Source: an uncultured Prevotellaceae bacterium (lineage in GTDB: Bacteria > Bacteroidota > Bacteroidia > Bacteroidales > Muribaculaceae). Taken from it: DNA of 64,000 nucleotides. Every line of letters begins with the position of its first letter. Within the stretch, counting starts at the first letter, position 1. Positions 1 to 9,238 of the stretch are shown piece by piece. A program made the position numbers and the translations under genes. Location of the stretch: assembly GCA_900318205.1 (NCBI GenBank), contig ONJS01000002.1, positions 18,689-82,688 on the forward strand, given 5' to 3'. Below the pieces are notes generated by a model. The model saw only the letters and a list, made by a program, of their open reading frames with translations. It did not search any database and was not told where the DNA came from.

Positions 1-2
1 GC

Positions 3-314
3 CAGCTGGTGCCCAACCAGATTTCTCTCGACAGTTACATGGACACGTTCCTGATGCTTATCTTTGTGATGGGCATTATCTTTGAGCTGCCTTTGCTGGC
101 TTGGTTGCTTGGTGTGCTTGGAGTCTTGCGCCGAAGCTTCTTCAGGACCTACCGCCGTCATGCCGTTGTCGCCTTGCTGGTCCTTGCTGCCATCATTACC
201 CCTACTGGCGACCCCTTTACCTTATCTATAGTTTTCCTGCCCATCTATATGCTCTATGAAGTGAGTGCCTACCTTGTACCTAATACCAAAATTGTCCCCG
301 AAACTGAAATCTGA
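3..314 (+). CDS. tatC: Twin-arginine translocase subunit TatC, C-terminal part (truncated by window start)
   Basis: FELP and AIITPTGDPFT motifs and hydrophobic helices typical of the TatC C-terminus. Confidence 0.93.
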   Translation, partial: QLVPNQISLDSYMDTFLMLIFVMGIIFELPLLAWLLGVLGVLRRSFFRTYRRHAVVALLVLAAIITPTGDPFTLSIVFLPIYMLYEVSAYLVPNTKIVPETEI

Positions 315-415
315 TACTATTGAAATTAGTTAATGCATATTGATAATTTTTTTATAAATAAAGAAATTCCTGCAAAATTATTGATGAATGGTTATGTTGA
401 TTAAAAAAATACTTG

Positions 416-423
416 TATTTTTG
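416..423 (+). promoter_or_regulatory. Bacteroidota primary-sigma -7 box TATTTTTG
   Basis: Matches TAnnTTTG in the AT-rich spacer upstream of 589. Confidence 0.55.
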
Positions 424-588
424 CAACAATTATAAAAAACCAGATTCAAGTATATCATTCCTTTTTTGTCCTGTTCGGCAAATAATACATCCCCCCTCCC
501 CATCTTGGATTTGGCGCTTTATAAAAACCCGAAAGTGACTATTATCGTATTTATTCATTTTTTTATTAACTTAAACTTTTAACGATTT

Positions 589-2631
589 ATGAAGAAATTA
601 TTATTCTTATTGTTAGGTTTAGCAGTAGCTGCTACCGCAAGCGCCGGAATCGTAGGAACACCGATGCAGAGCAAGGTTGTCAAGCAACAACCTAAGAGCA
701 AAGTACAGGCTGTTACTCGTGCTAATGGTTTGGTGGTTCCTGGTACCCCCATTTCCTTCAATGGTTGGGACAATCAATTCTCACATGTGTTGAGGTCACG
801 TGAGGCCATCACTTGGGACTTTGAGGATGCAGAACAGTTCGCAGAGTTCATGGCTGTTGACAATGATGAGGACGGCTTCAACTGGGAGTACTACAACAAC
901 ACTGGTCTCACGACTGGTCGTATGACAGCCCACGGTGGCGAAGGTCTTGTTGCATCTGCAAGTTATGACAATGACTCAGGTACTGCCTTGCATCCCGACA
1001 ACTGGCTGGTATCGCCTCAGGTAACCCTGGGTGGTGCTCTGACGTTCTGGGCTATGGGCCAGGATGCAAGCTATGCTGCCGAGAAGTTTGCTGTTTATGT
1101 ATGTGTTGGTGAACCTACAGGTACCGAGAGCTTCACTATGGTTGCTGGTGATTTCACTGCTACTGGTTCCTATGTACAGTATGAAATCGACCTGAGCGCT
1201 TATCAGGGTCAGGTAGGCTGCTTCGCTATCGTTCACCACAACATCACCGACATGTTCTTCCTGAATGTGGACGATATCGTGCTGGATGCTAGTGCAGTTG
1301 CTCTGCCTTATCCCGTTGTTCCCACTGGTCTGACCGTTGATCCCGGCATGACCACTGCCAATGTTGTTTGGGACAATGACGAGGCTGCTTCTAACTGGAA
1401 CCTGCGTTACAGGCCCTACACCGAGGGTGCTGGCGATATGTATTACTGGCCGTTCACTCTTGATAGCTATCAGCAGGATATGGAGGGCTGGCAGGTTTAT
1501 GATGCCGATGAGGACGGTAACAACTGGGGCCTTGCTTACTCAGACGATACCCAGTCTGACGTTTGCTTCTTCTCAGAGTCATGGTCATATGATACCTATC
1601 AGGCTCTGACTCCTGACAACTACCTGTTCACTCCCGAAGTTCCTCTGCAGGGCGTTCTCAAGTTCACCTATTGGGGAGCTTCTAATACCTATGTAGAGAA
1701 CTTTATGGTCTATGCTTTGATTGGTGAGGACATGTATGCCCTTGCTGACGCAGACTATGTTACCTCGACCACTCATGTGACCGAAACTATCGACTTGAGC
1801 GAATTTGAAGGTGCCGTTGGTCAAATCGTCTTCCGCCACTACAATTGCGAAGACCAGATGGCAATGTACATCGATGAGATCATGATCGGTACTGAGTTTG
1901 AGCCCGCTCCCTGGATTGAGGTGAATGGCCTGACTGAGGCTAAGTACACCATCGAGGGCTTGGATCCCGAGACCAAGTATGAGGTACAGGTAATGGGTTA
2001 CAACGAGGCTCATGAGTCTGACTGGTGCGACATCGTAGAATTCACGACCCTCGGCGAGGAGCCTGTAATACCCGATGTTTACATGCTGGGTGGTGACGAC
2101 CAAGGTTGGGCTCCTAACCGCGGTATCAAGTTCGACTACAACGAGGAGGATAACATCTACACCCTCAATTACACCTTCCCCGCCGAGACCAACTACTTCG
2201 GCTTCACCACCATGCTTGCCGAGTATGATGATCAGGGTAGCTGGGACTACATTGAGCCCTACCGCTTCGGTGCTGTTGCCGATGGTGATAACTTCATCTT
2301 CTATGATGAGTACAATGGCCAACCTCTGGAACTGACTTGGGATGCATACAAGGCCTTCCAGATTGGTGCAGGTGAGTATGACATCGTTGTTGACCTGACC
2401 AGCATGAAGGTCATCCTTACCAAGGTTAATGTTGAGCCTCCTTACCTTCGTGGCGACGTTGACAACAGTGGTGATGTTAAGATCGGCGACGTTACTGCTC
2501 TGATCAACTACCTGCTCAGTGGCGATGCAACTAACGTTAACGTTCTGGCTGCTGACTGCGACGAGAGCGGCGATGTTAAGATTGCTGACGTTACTGCTCT
2601 GATCAACTACCTGCTGTCTGGCACTTGGTAA
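589..2631 (+). CDS. Secreted multidomain adhesin-like protein: signal peptide, two cleaved-adhesin (choice-of-anchor J-like) domains, FN3, SusE/F-like domain, C-terminal type I dockerin
   Basis: MKKLLFLLLG signal peptide. PDNWLVSP/GQDASYAAEKFAVY/DMFFLNVDDI resemble gingipain/HagA adhesin domains. YTIEGLDPETKYEVQV is FN3-like. Duplicated DVDNSGDVKIGDVTALINYLL dockerin repeat. Confidence 0.85.
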   Translation: MKKLLFLLLGLAVAATASAGIVGTPMQSKVVKQQPKSKVQAVTRANGLVVPGTPISFNGWDNQFSHVLRSREAITWDFEDAEQFAEFMAVDNDEDGFNWEYYNNTGLTTGRMTAHGGEGLVASASYDNDSGTALHPDNWLVSPQVTLGGALTFWAMGQDASYAAEKFAVYVCVGEPTGTESFTMVAGDFTATGSYVQYEIDLSAYQGQVGCFAIVHHNITDMFFLNVDDIVLDASAVALPYPVVPTGLTVDPGMTTANVVWDNDEAASNWNLRYRPYTEGAGDMYYWPFTLDSYQQDMEGWQVYDADEDGNNWGLAYSDDTQSDVCFFSESWSYDTYQALTPDNYLFTPEVPLQGVLKFTYWGASNTYVENFMVYALIGEDMYALADADYVTSTTHVTETIDLSEFEGAVGQIVFRHYNCEDQMAMYIDEIMIGTEFEPAPWIEVNGLTEAKYTIEGLDPETKYEVQVMGYNEAHESDWCDIVEFTTLGEEPVIPDVYMLGGDDQGWAPNRGIKFDYNEEDNIYTLNYTFPAETNYFGFTTMLAEYDDQGSWDYIEPYRFGAVADGDNFIFYDEYNGQPLELTWDAYKAFQIGAGEYDIVVDLTSMKVILTKVNVEPPYLRGDVDNSGDVKIGDVTALINYLLSGDATNVNVLAADCDESGDVKIADVTALINYLLSGTW

Positions 2632-2682
2632 TTTCATGAATTCGCTCGCTTCATGAACGCATGAAGTGACAACCCCTATGCT

Positions 2683-2716
2683 TCAGGCATCTGTCCTCTA
2701 TCGGGCAGGTGCCTGA
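2683..2716 (+). terminator. Intrinsic terminator after the first adhesin gene
   Basis: tcaggcatctgtcc / gggcaggtgcctga stem followed by ttgtttttgt. Confidence 0.8.
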
Positions 2717-2835
2717 TTGTTTTTGTGACTTTCTTTGAGTAGTGGCGTGCCATGGGAAATGCTTACTATATATAATTTTTTTTCACGATAAACCAAAAAA
2801 ATACTGAATTACTTTTGCGAAATTAAAAAATAGTG

Positions 2836-2843
2836 TAATTTTG
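2836..2843 (+). promoter_or_regulatory. -7 box TAATTTTG, with TTTG at 2814-2817
   Basis: Bacteroidota promoter consensus upstream of 2952. Confidence 0.6.
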
Positions 2844-2951
2844 CATATTGATAAGAGATATCTATAATCTCACTATTAACCCTTCAATGCAAATGATTAC
2901 ATACAGGATATGTAACTGTTTTTATTTAATAACTTTAAAATTTAAACGTTT

Positions 2952-4964
2952 ATGAAGAAATTATTATTTTTACTTTTAGGTGTTGCTGTTGTTGCATCTG
3001 CTGGTGCAGGGATTACCAAATCCCCGATCCAGAAGAAGGTTTCTAAAATGGAACGCACCAAGTCAAAAGTTGAGGTGGTGACTCGTGCCAATGGCGTGAT
3101 TAGTCCGTCAACTACTCTAAATTTCTATGGTTGGGACAAGATGCCCAAGCACATGTTAAGGTCTGATGCCGCTATCACTTGGGACTTTGAGGATTCAACC
3201 CAGTGGGCAGCTTTCTCTGCTGTTGATGTTGATGATGACGGCTTTAACTGGCAGTATTTTGACAATACGGGTTTGACCTCTAATCGTATGTCAACTCACA
3301 GTGGTGAAGGCGTCATAGCTTCGGCAAGCTATGACAAAACTAGTGGCAAAGCCTTGACTCCTGACAACTGGCTGATTTCGCCTGAGGTAACCCTGGGTGG
3401 TGTCTTGTCGTTCTGGGCTGAGGGTCAGGATGCCAGCTATTGCGCTGAGGTGTTCGCCGTTTATGTTTGCATTGGCGATCCTGTTGATGATACTTCTTTC
3501 CAGAAGGTAAGTCAGGATTTCACTGCTACTGGCGAGTTTGTAGAGTATGAAATCGACCTGAGCGCATATCAGGGCCAGGTAGGACACTTTGCAATCCGTC
3601 ACTACAACGTGACCGATATGTTCTGGCTGAACGTCGATGACATCACGCTCGATCCTGAAGCTGTCGCTCTGCCTTATCCCGTTGTTCCTGAGATTAATGT
3701 TACTCCCGCCACCACCTCTGCTTATGTAGAGTGGGCTGCAGATGAGGCTGCCGACGCTTACAACCTGCGCTGGAGGCAAAAATCAGATGGTAAGGCTTGG
3801 AGTTTCCCCGTGGATGGCTATGTGGCTGAGCTCGAAGAAGGCTGGTGGATTTATGATGCCGATGGAGACAGCACTTGCTGGTCTCTGTATTATGCTGACG
3901 ATGCCCAAACAGATCTTTGCTGGGGCTCTGGTTCTTATCAGGGTGGTGGTGCTTGCTCTCCCGATAACTATCTTGGAACACCTGACGTGCCCTTGAAGGG
4001 TGACCTCAAGTTTACCTTGTGGGGAGCTTCAGATAACTATCCCGAGGTGCTCCAGGTTTATGCCATGGTTGGTGAAGACATGTATCAGCTCTTTGAGGAT
4101 TCTCTCCTTTCCACGGTAGAACCTGTAGAGTACACTGTTAACCTGGATGCATTTGAGGGTGCTGAGGGCAGCATCATCTTCCGCAACTATAGCACTTACG
4201 ACCAGTGGATGCTGTTCCTCGATGACATTACTATCGGTACTATTAATCCGTGGAACGATGTTACGGGTATTACCGCTCCTAACTACACCATCGAGGGCCT
4301 GACCCCCGAGACTACCTATGAGGTACAGGTAATGGGTTACAACGAGGCTCACGAGTCTGACTGGTGTGACATCGTAGAATTCACGACCCTCGGTGAGGAG
4401 CCTGCAATTCCCGATGTTTACATGCTGGGTGGTGACGACCAGGGTTGGGCTCCTAACCGTGGTATCAAGTTCGACTACAACGCTGAGGAGAACATCTACA
4501 CCCTCAACTACACCTTCCCCGCCGAGACCAACTACTTCGGCTTCACCACCGTGCTTGCCGAGTATGATGATCAGGGTAGCTGGGATTACATTGAGCCCTA
4601 CCGCTTCGGTGCTATTGCCGATGGTGAAAACTTCATCTTCTATGATGAGTACAATGGCCAGCCTCTGTCTTTGACTTGGGATGAGTACAAGGCATTCCAG
4701 ATTGGTGCTGGTGAGTATGGCATCGTTGTTGACCTGACCAACATGAAGGTCACCCTTACCAAGGTTGAGCCTACCTACCTTCGTGGCGACGTTGACAACA
4801 GTGGTGATGTTAAGATCGGTGACGTTACTGCTCTGATCAATTACCTGCTCAGTGGCGACGCAACTAACGTTAACCTTCTGGCTGCTGACTGCGACGAGAA
4901 CGGCGATGTTAAGATTGCTGACGTTACTGCACTGATCAACTACCTGCTGTCTGGCAATTGGTAA
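2952..4964 (+). CDS. Tandem paralogue of 589..2631 (adhesin-FN3-SusE/F-like-dockerin)
   Basis: Same architecture; C-terminal third nearly identical to the upstream gene at DNA level. Confidence 0.85.
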   Translation: MKKLLFLLLGVAVVASAGAGITKSPIQKKVSKMERTKSKVEVVTRANGVISPSTTLNFYGWDKMPKHMLRSDAAITWDFEDSTQWAAFSAVDVDDDGFNWQYFDNTGLTSNRMSTHSGEGVIASASYDKTSGKALTPDNWLISPEVTLGGVLSFWAEGQDASYCAEVFAVYVCIGDPVDDTSFQKVSQDFTATGEFVEYEIDLSAYQGQVGHFAIRHYNVTDMFWLNVDDITLDPEAVALPYPVVPEINVTPATTSAYVEWAADEAADAYNLRWRQKSDGKAWSFPVDGYVAELEEGWWIYDADGDSTCWSLYYADDAQTDLCWGSGSYQGGGACSPDNYLGTPDVPLKGDLKFTLWGASDNYPEVLQVYAMVGEDMYQLFEDSLLSTVEPVEYTVNLDAFEGAEGSIIFRNYSTYDQWMLFLDDITIGTINPWNDVTGITAPNYTIEGLTPETTYEVQVMGYNEAHESDWCDIVEFTTLGEEPAIPDVYMLGGDDQGWAPNRGIKFDYNAEENIYTLNYTFPAETNYFGFTTVLAEYDDQGSWDYIEPYRFGAIADGENFIFYDEYNGQPLSLTWDEYKAFQIGAGEYGIVVDLTNMKVTLTKVEPTYLRGDVDNSGDVKIGDVTALINYLLSGDATNVNLLAADCDENGDVKIADVTALINYLLSGNW

Positions 4965-5015
4965 TTTCATGAATTTGCTCGCTTCATGACTACATGAGGC
5001 GACAACCCTATGGAT

Positions 5016-5049
5016 TCAGGCATCTGTCCTTTATCGGGCAGGTGCCTGA
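5016..5049 (+). terminator. Duplicated copy of the 2683 terminator
   Basis: Same stem arms tcaggcatctgtcc / gggcaggtgcctga. Confidence 0.75.
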
Positions 5050-5191
5050 TTGCTGTTGTAATGAGGGTTGGTGAATTGCTGTCCGTAACTAAATATTTTG
5101 ATTATTTTGTTGATTGTAAGGAAAAATGTATTAATTTTGGCCAAAATTTAACTTTGTGATACATTATTTCTATAATTCAAAAACCTACATT

Positions 5192-5971
5192 ATGAAGAAA
5201 TTTTACCTTTTATTATTGGCCTTGGCATTTGCTAGTAGTGCCTTTGCCCAGCTTTCTGAAGATGTTCCTGTTCCTGCCGATCCCGATGGATTGTTCTTTG
5301 AGTGGTATGACTACACACCTTATGAGTGGCCTAATGGCGAGGTGACGGTTGCGTCTGGTTGGTTTTTTCTTACCTACGGTATGGATGTATATGAAAACCT
5401 TGTTGCGACTGACTATGACATCTCGATTGATTCGTGCTATGTCCATGAGCTCAACTACACGATTCTTGACAGGGAGAAATTCAGCTATAGCATCTACACC
5501 GACATGGATGAAATCTTTGTTTTCAATCCTGAGGAGTTTTCTGAATTTACTGAGCCGACGACCAATGTCTATATCTTCAACATCCTGCCAAAGACTCCTG
5601 ACGGATATGGCTCAACTGCCAATTTCGAGTATTGGGGACCTCACTTCCCGAACAGGACTAACAAGGTGGAAGGCTTTGATGGCATGAAACCATTCTTCGA
5701 GTGGCGTATCGGTATCCAGACCCATTACACCGACAATGGCGTCACCACCTCGTCCAATATCATCTATTATGAAATCGGTCCCAAGCCTGTTACGTTACAG
5801 GGTGACGTGAATGCTGACGGCAAACTCAGCATTGATGACGTGACGGCTCTCATCAGCTACCTGCTGGGTGGTGATCCTGATCCTTTCAACAAGTTTAATG
5901 CCGATGGTAATGACGATAACAAGCTGACCATCTCAGATGTGACTGAAATCATCAGCATCATGCTGAATTAA
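5192..5971 (+). CDS. Secreted protein, unrecognised N-terminal domain plus C-terminal dockerin
   Basis: MKKFYLLLLALAFASSAFA signal peptide. GDVNADGKLSIDDVTALISYLL dockerin repeat. TAATTTTG at 5132-5139. Confidence 0.8.
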   Translation: MKKFYLLLLALAFASSAFAQLSEDVPVPADPDGLFFEWYDYTPYEWPNGEVTVASGWFFLTYGMDVYENLVATDYDISIDSCYVHELNYTILDREKFSYSIYTDMDEIFVFNPEEFSEFTEPTTNVYIFNILPKTPDGYGSTANFEYWGPHFPNRTNKVEGFDGMKPFFEWRIGIQTHYTDNGVTTSSNIIYYEIGPKPVTLQGDVNADGKLSIDDVTALISYLLGGDPDPFNKFNADGNDDNKLTISDVTEIISIMLN

Positions 5972-6013
5972 TAATATATAACGGTGATGTAGCTTTATCG
6001 CTACAATCGACAC

Positions 6014-6058
6014 AATAAGATTGCGCTCCGGGACATCATCCGGAGCGCAATTCTTATT
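6014..6058. terminator. Bidirectional terminator between convergent genes
   Basis: aataagattgcgctccgg / ccggagcgcaattcttatt inverted repeat. Confidence 0.85.
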
Positions 6059-6095
6059 TTAACGAGAATCTAATGAATCTAAACCGTTTTGGCTC

Positions 6096-8342
6096 TTACT
6101 TCTTCTTGAGCGGTGCCAACTGCTTGGCATTGCCCACAATCCATAGGATGTCTCCGAGCTTGAAAACAAGATTGGGGGTGGGGGAGATATAGTTGTCCTC
6201 GCCGCGCTGCACTGCAATGAGCAAGGCCCCATAGTCCTCGCGCAGACGGGCATTCTCAAGCCTTTCTCCGATGATGGAAGCATGGTCGGCTACGGCAAAA
6301 TGCAACAGTTTTACATCGGGTATTGCTGCCTCGCCAGTTTCCTTTTGTGCCTCAACCAACGGCAGCATGCGTTGAATCTGTTCCTCGGTGCCTATTACCC
6401 CCAGTACGTCGCCAGGGAAGATACGCATCTCTCCTGACGGTACAGGGTGCAACTTGCTGCCGCGCTGGATGTTGACCAGGTTCACACCATAGCGGGATCG
6501 CAAGTCTAGGTTCCTTAATCTGTCACCGATAAAAGGACAATCGTGACCCACCCTCATGTAGGCCAGATGCAGGTCGCTCACCAAGTTGTTCTCGTGGCCC
6601 GTGCGGCGGTTCTCGCGCTCGTTGATGTTGCTGATGAACCGTTTCTCGATGTTATTGATGCGTTTGCGCAGCGGGGTGGGAAGCAACGTGAAAATGATAA
6701 GGGTGGCAAGGACGAGCAATACTGCGGCTATCATCGCAGCGGCACTTTGGTAAACACCATCCAAAATAATGGCGATAAATACGGTGGACAATACCAGATT
6801 GATGATGAACAAGACCACAATGGGAACATAGGATACCGATCCACGCTCTTGCCCCAACTGATCATATTCCGTTCGCTTGATTGACGGTATGATAATAGAT
6901 GCAATAAATGGTCCGACAATGACTAAGGTCGAAGTCACACATGCCAGACGTGCCCAACTGCCGCCGCCCATCAACTTCATGATCAGTGGCATCAGATAAG
7001 TGCGGCACAGCACAGTCAGGGCAATGATGATGACAGAATAAATGATAAGACGTAGAATATTGCGTGACACGATGGATTTCCACAACCGCGAGGTTTCTCT
7101 CGATTCGCTTTCAGTGGCGTCTTTGCTGTAGCCGTTCAACAGGCGAGTCCAGCTTTTGGGCAACACCTTATATATTGAATTATAGCAGGGTTCGGCCTGT
7201 TTGATGAAGAAGGGGGTGGTGAAGGTCGTTACAACCGATACCGCCACGATGATGGGATAGATGCTCTGGTCAAGCACGCCAAGGCTGGTACCCAAAGTAG
7301 CGATGATGAAGGAGAACTCACCGATCTGAGTCAATGAGAATCCTGATTCCATTGCCAGTTTGAGCGGTTGACCTGTGGCGAGCATACCAAAGGTTCCGAA
7401 CACAATCATGCCAATGATAACCACAACCGCCAACAGGGCGATGACACTCCAGTGCCGGGACATCACCGTGGGATTGACCATCATGCCCACCGAGATGAAG
7501 AACACGGCACCGAACAGATCCTTGACCGGCGAGATGAGGCGCTCGATACGTTCTGCCTCACTGGTACCCGCAAGAATGGAACCCATGACAAAGGCGCCCA
7601 ACGCCGCCGAGAAGCCTGATTTAATGGAAAACAGCACCATGGCAAAACACAGGCCCATCGCGATAATCAGCATCTGTTCATCACTGATGTAACGCTTGAA
7701 TCGCTTGAACACTGTGGGTATCATGAAAATGCCCACTGTGAACCACATGATCAGGAAGAACGACAATTTGAGGATGCTGCCTAACATCTCTCCACCCTTG
7801 ACGCTGTTGTTCAAGGCAATGGACGATAGGATCACCATCATGACGACCGCAAACAGGTCCTCAACAATAAGGACCGCGAACGTCATGGGGACAAACCGCC
7901 GTTGCCGCATGTTCAGGTCGGTCAAGGCCTTGAGGATGATGGTGGTAGATGACATGGAAATCATGCCGCCCAGGAAGATGCTGTTCACCAGTCCGTAGCC
8001 CAGGTACTTGCCAACGACAAAACCGAGGCTCATCATGCCTAAAACTATGATTAAAGCAGTGAGAATCGCGGAGCCGCCCACGTCTATCAGTTTCTTGAAG
8101 CTGAATTCCAGTCCCAGCGAGAATAGCAGCACGATGATGCCGATTTGGGCCCAGAATTCGATATTGGCCTCAACTGCCACCGAGGGCAAGAGGGCAAAAT
8201 GAGGACTGGCGAGAAAACCAGCAACGATGTAACCCAAAACAACCGGCTGCTTCATCATCTTGAAGATGACGGTGGCGATGGCTCCCAGCACAAGGATGAG
8301 AGCAAGGTCGCTGATCAGACTATTAATATCGACTCCTTCCAT
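6096..8342 (-). CDS. CPA2-family cation:proton antiporter with C-terminal RCK_C (TrkA-C) domains
   Basis: LLFSLGLEF, QIGEFSFII motifs; two C-terminal RCK_C-like repeats. Confidence 0.88.
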   Translation of the reverse strand: MEGVDINSLISDLALILVLGAIATVIFKMMKQPVVLGYIVAGFLASPHFALLPSVAVEANIEFWAQIGIIVLLFSLGLEFSFKKLIDVGGSAILTALIIVLGMMSLGFVVGKYLGYGLVNSIFLGGMISMSSTTIILKALTDLNMRQRRFVPMTFAVLIVEDLFAVVMMVILSSIALNNSVKGGEMLGSILKLSFFLIMWFTVGIFMIPTVFKRFKRYISDEQMLIIAMGLCFAMVLFSIKSGFSAALGAFVMGSILAGTSEAERIERLISPVKDLFGAVFFISVGMMVNPTVMSRHWSVIALLAVVVIIGMIVFGTFGMLATGQPLKLAMESGFSLTQIGEFSFIIATLGTSLGVLDQSIYPIIVAVSVVTTFTTPFFIKQAEPCYNSIYKVLPKSWTRLLNGYSKDATESESRETSRLWKSIVSRNILRLIIYSVIIIALTVLCRTYLMPLIMKLMGGGSWARLACVTSTLVIVGPFIASIIIPSIKRTEYDQLGQERGSVSYVPIVVLFIINLVLSTVFIAIILDGVYQSAAAMIAAVLLVLATLIIFTLLPTPLRKRINNIEKRFISNINERENRRTGHENNLVSDLHLAYMRVGHDCPFIGDRLRNLDLRSRYGVNLVNIQRGSKLHPVPSGEMRIFPGDVLGVIGTEEQIQRMLPLVEAQKETGEAAIPDVKLLHFAVADHASIIGERLENARLREDYGALLIAVQRGEDNYISPTPNLVFKLGDILWIVGNAKQLAPLKKK

Positions 8343-8412
8343 TTCTTATTATTAGTGTATTTTTGTGACAGGGTAGTCTGTGCCACACCTTCCTGTGCCG
8401 GCTTCTCATGAA

Positions 8413-9129
8413 TCACATGTTCATCTCGTTGGTTATGGTGATTGAGATGGCATCTCGTTTGTCTTTGATTTCCTTAAACATGGCGGGCACATTCACTTTG
8501 CTCGTGCTGCGCACCATGAAGTTGACAATCGTCACATTAGCCACATAGTCATATTTCATGAACTCATCACTGATGTGTACTTCATAGTTGCTGAGGATTT
8601 CACGCAATGACTGGATTTCGTCGATGATGCCGTGCACCTTGACACGGATAATCTTACTCTCCCACAAGAAGTTGTGACGCTGCTCAATGCGCTCGATGTT
8701 GAAAAGGATAAAGATGATGAGGATGGTGGCAATGATGCTGATGAGATACATGCCTGCACCGACGGCTAGGCCGAGACATGCAGCCATCCAGATGCCCGCC
8801 GCTGTCGTCAAACCGCGCACCGAGCCTTTCATCTGGATGATGGCACCGGCACCCAGGAAACCCACACCGCTCACCACCTGGGCGGCGATACGTCCCGGGT
8901 CACCATTTTTCAGTCCCATGTATTCCTGTGGAATATAGATGGAAATGAGCATGGCGAGCGTGGCACCCATCGAGATAAGCGCGAACGTGCGCAATCCGGC
9001 GATCTGTCCCTTGCGGCGGCGTTCAATTCCGATGATGGCTCCCAGCAACAGGCTAAGCACCAGCTTGGCTATTGCCCCGATGAGGTTCACATCAGGGCTG
9101 ATGATATTCTGATAAATGCTTTCCCACAT
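8413..9129 (-). CDS. MgtC/SapB family membrane protein with ACT-like C-terminus
   Basis: IGIERR, AGLRTF, RIAAQVVSGVGFLGAG, GLTTAAGIW. Start moved to MWESIY at 9129. Confidence 0.9.
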   Translation of the reverse strand: MWESIYQNIISPDVNLIGAIAKLVLSLLLGAIIGIERRRKGQIAGLRTFALISMGATLAMLISIYIPQEYMGLKNGDPGRIAAQVVSGVGFLGAGAIIQMKGSVRGLTTAAGIWMAACLGLAVGAGMYLISIIATILIIFILFNIERIEQRHNFLWESKIIRVKVHGIIDEIQSLREILSNYEVHISDEFMKYDYVANVTIVNFMVRSTSKVNVPAMFKEIKDKRDAISITITNEMNM

Positions 9130-9238
9130 AATTAATTGAATTGTAAACGACAAAAGTACTGTTTTTAGACCACTTTTGCAACGACGTAATCCTTTTTTTG
9201 CTAAATTTGTGCCATCAATTATTAATGATGACGACAAT

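Noticed and set aside
2635-2667. Repeated TTCATGAA palindromes after both adhesin stop codons
   Set aside because: Explained as part of the duplicated 3' cassette; they differ between copies and have no independent support.
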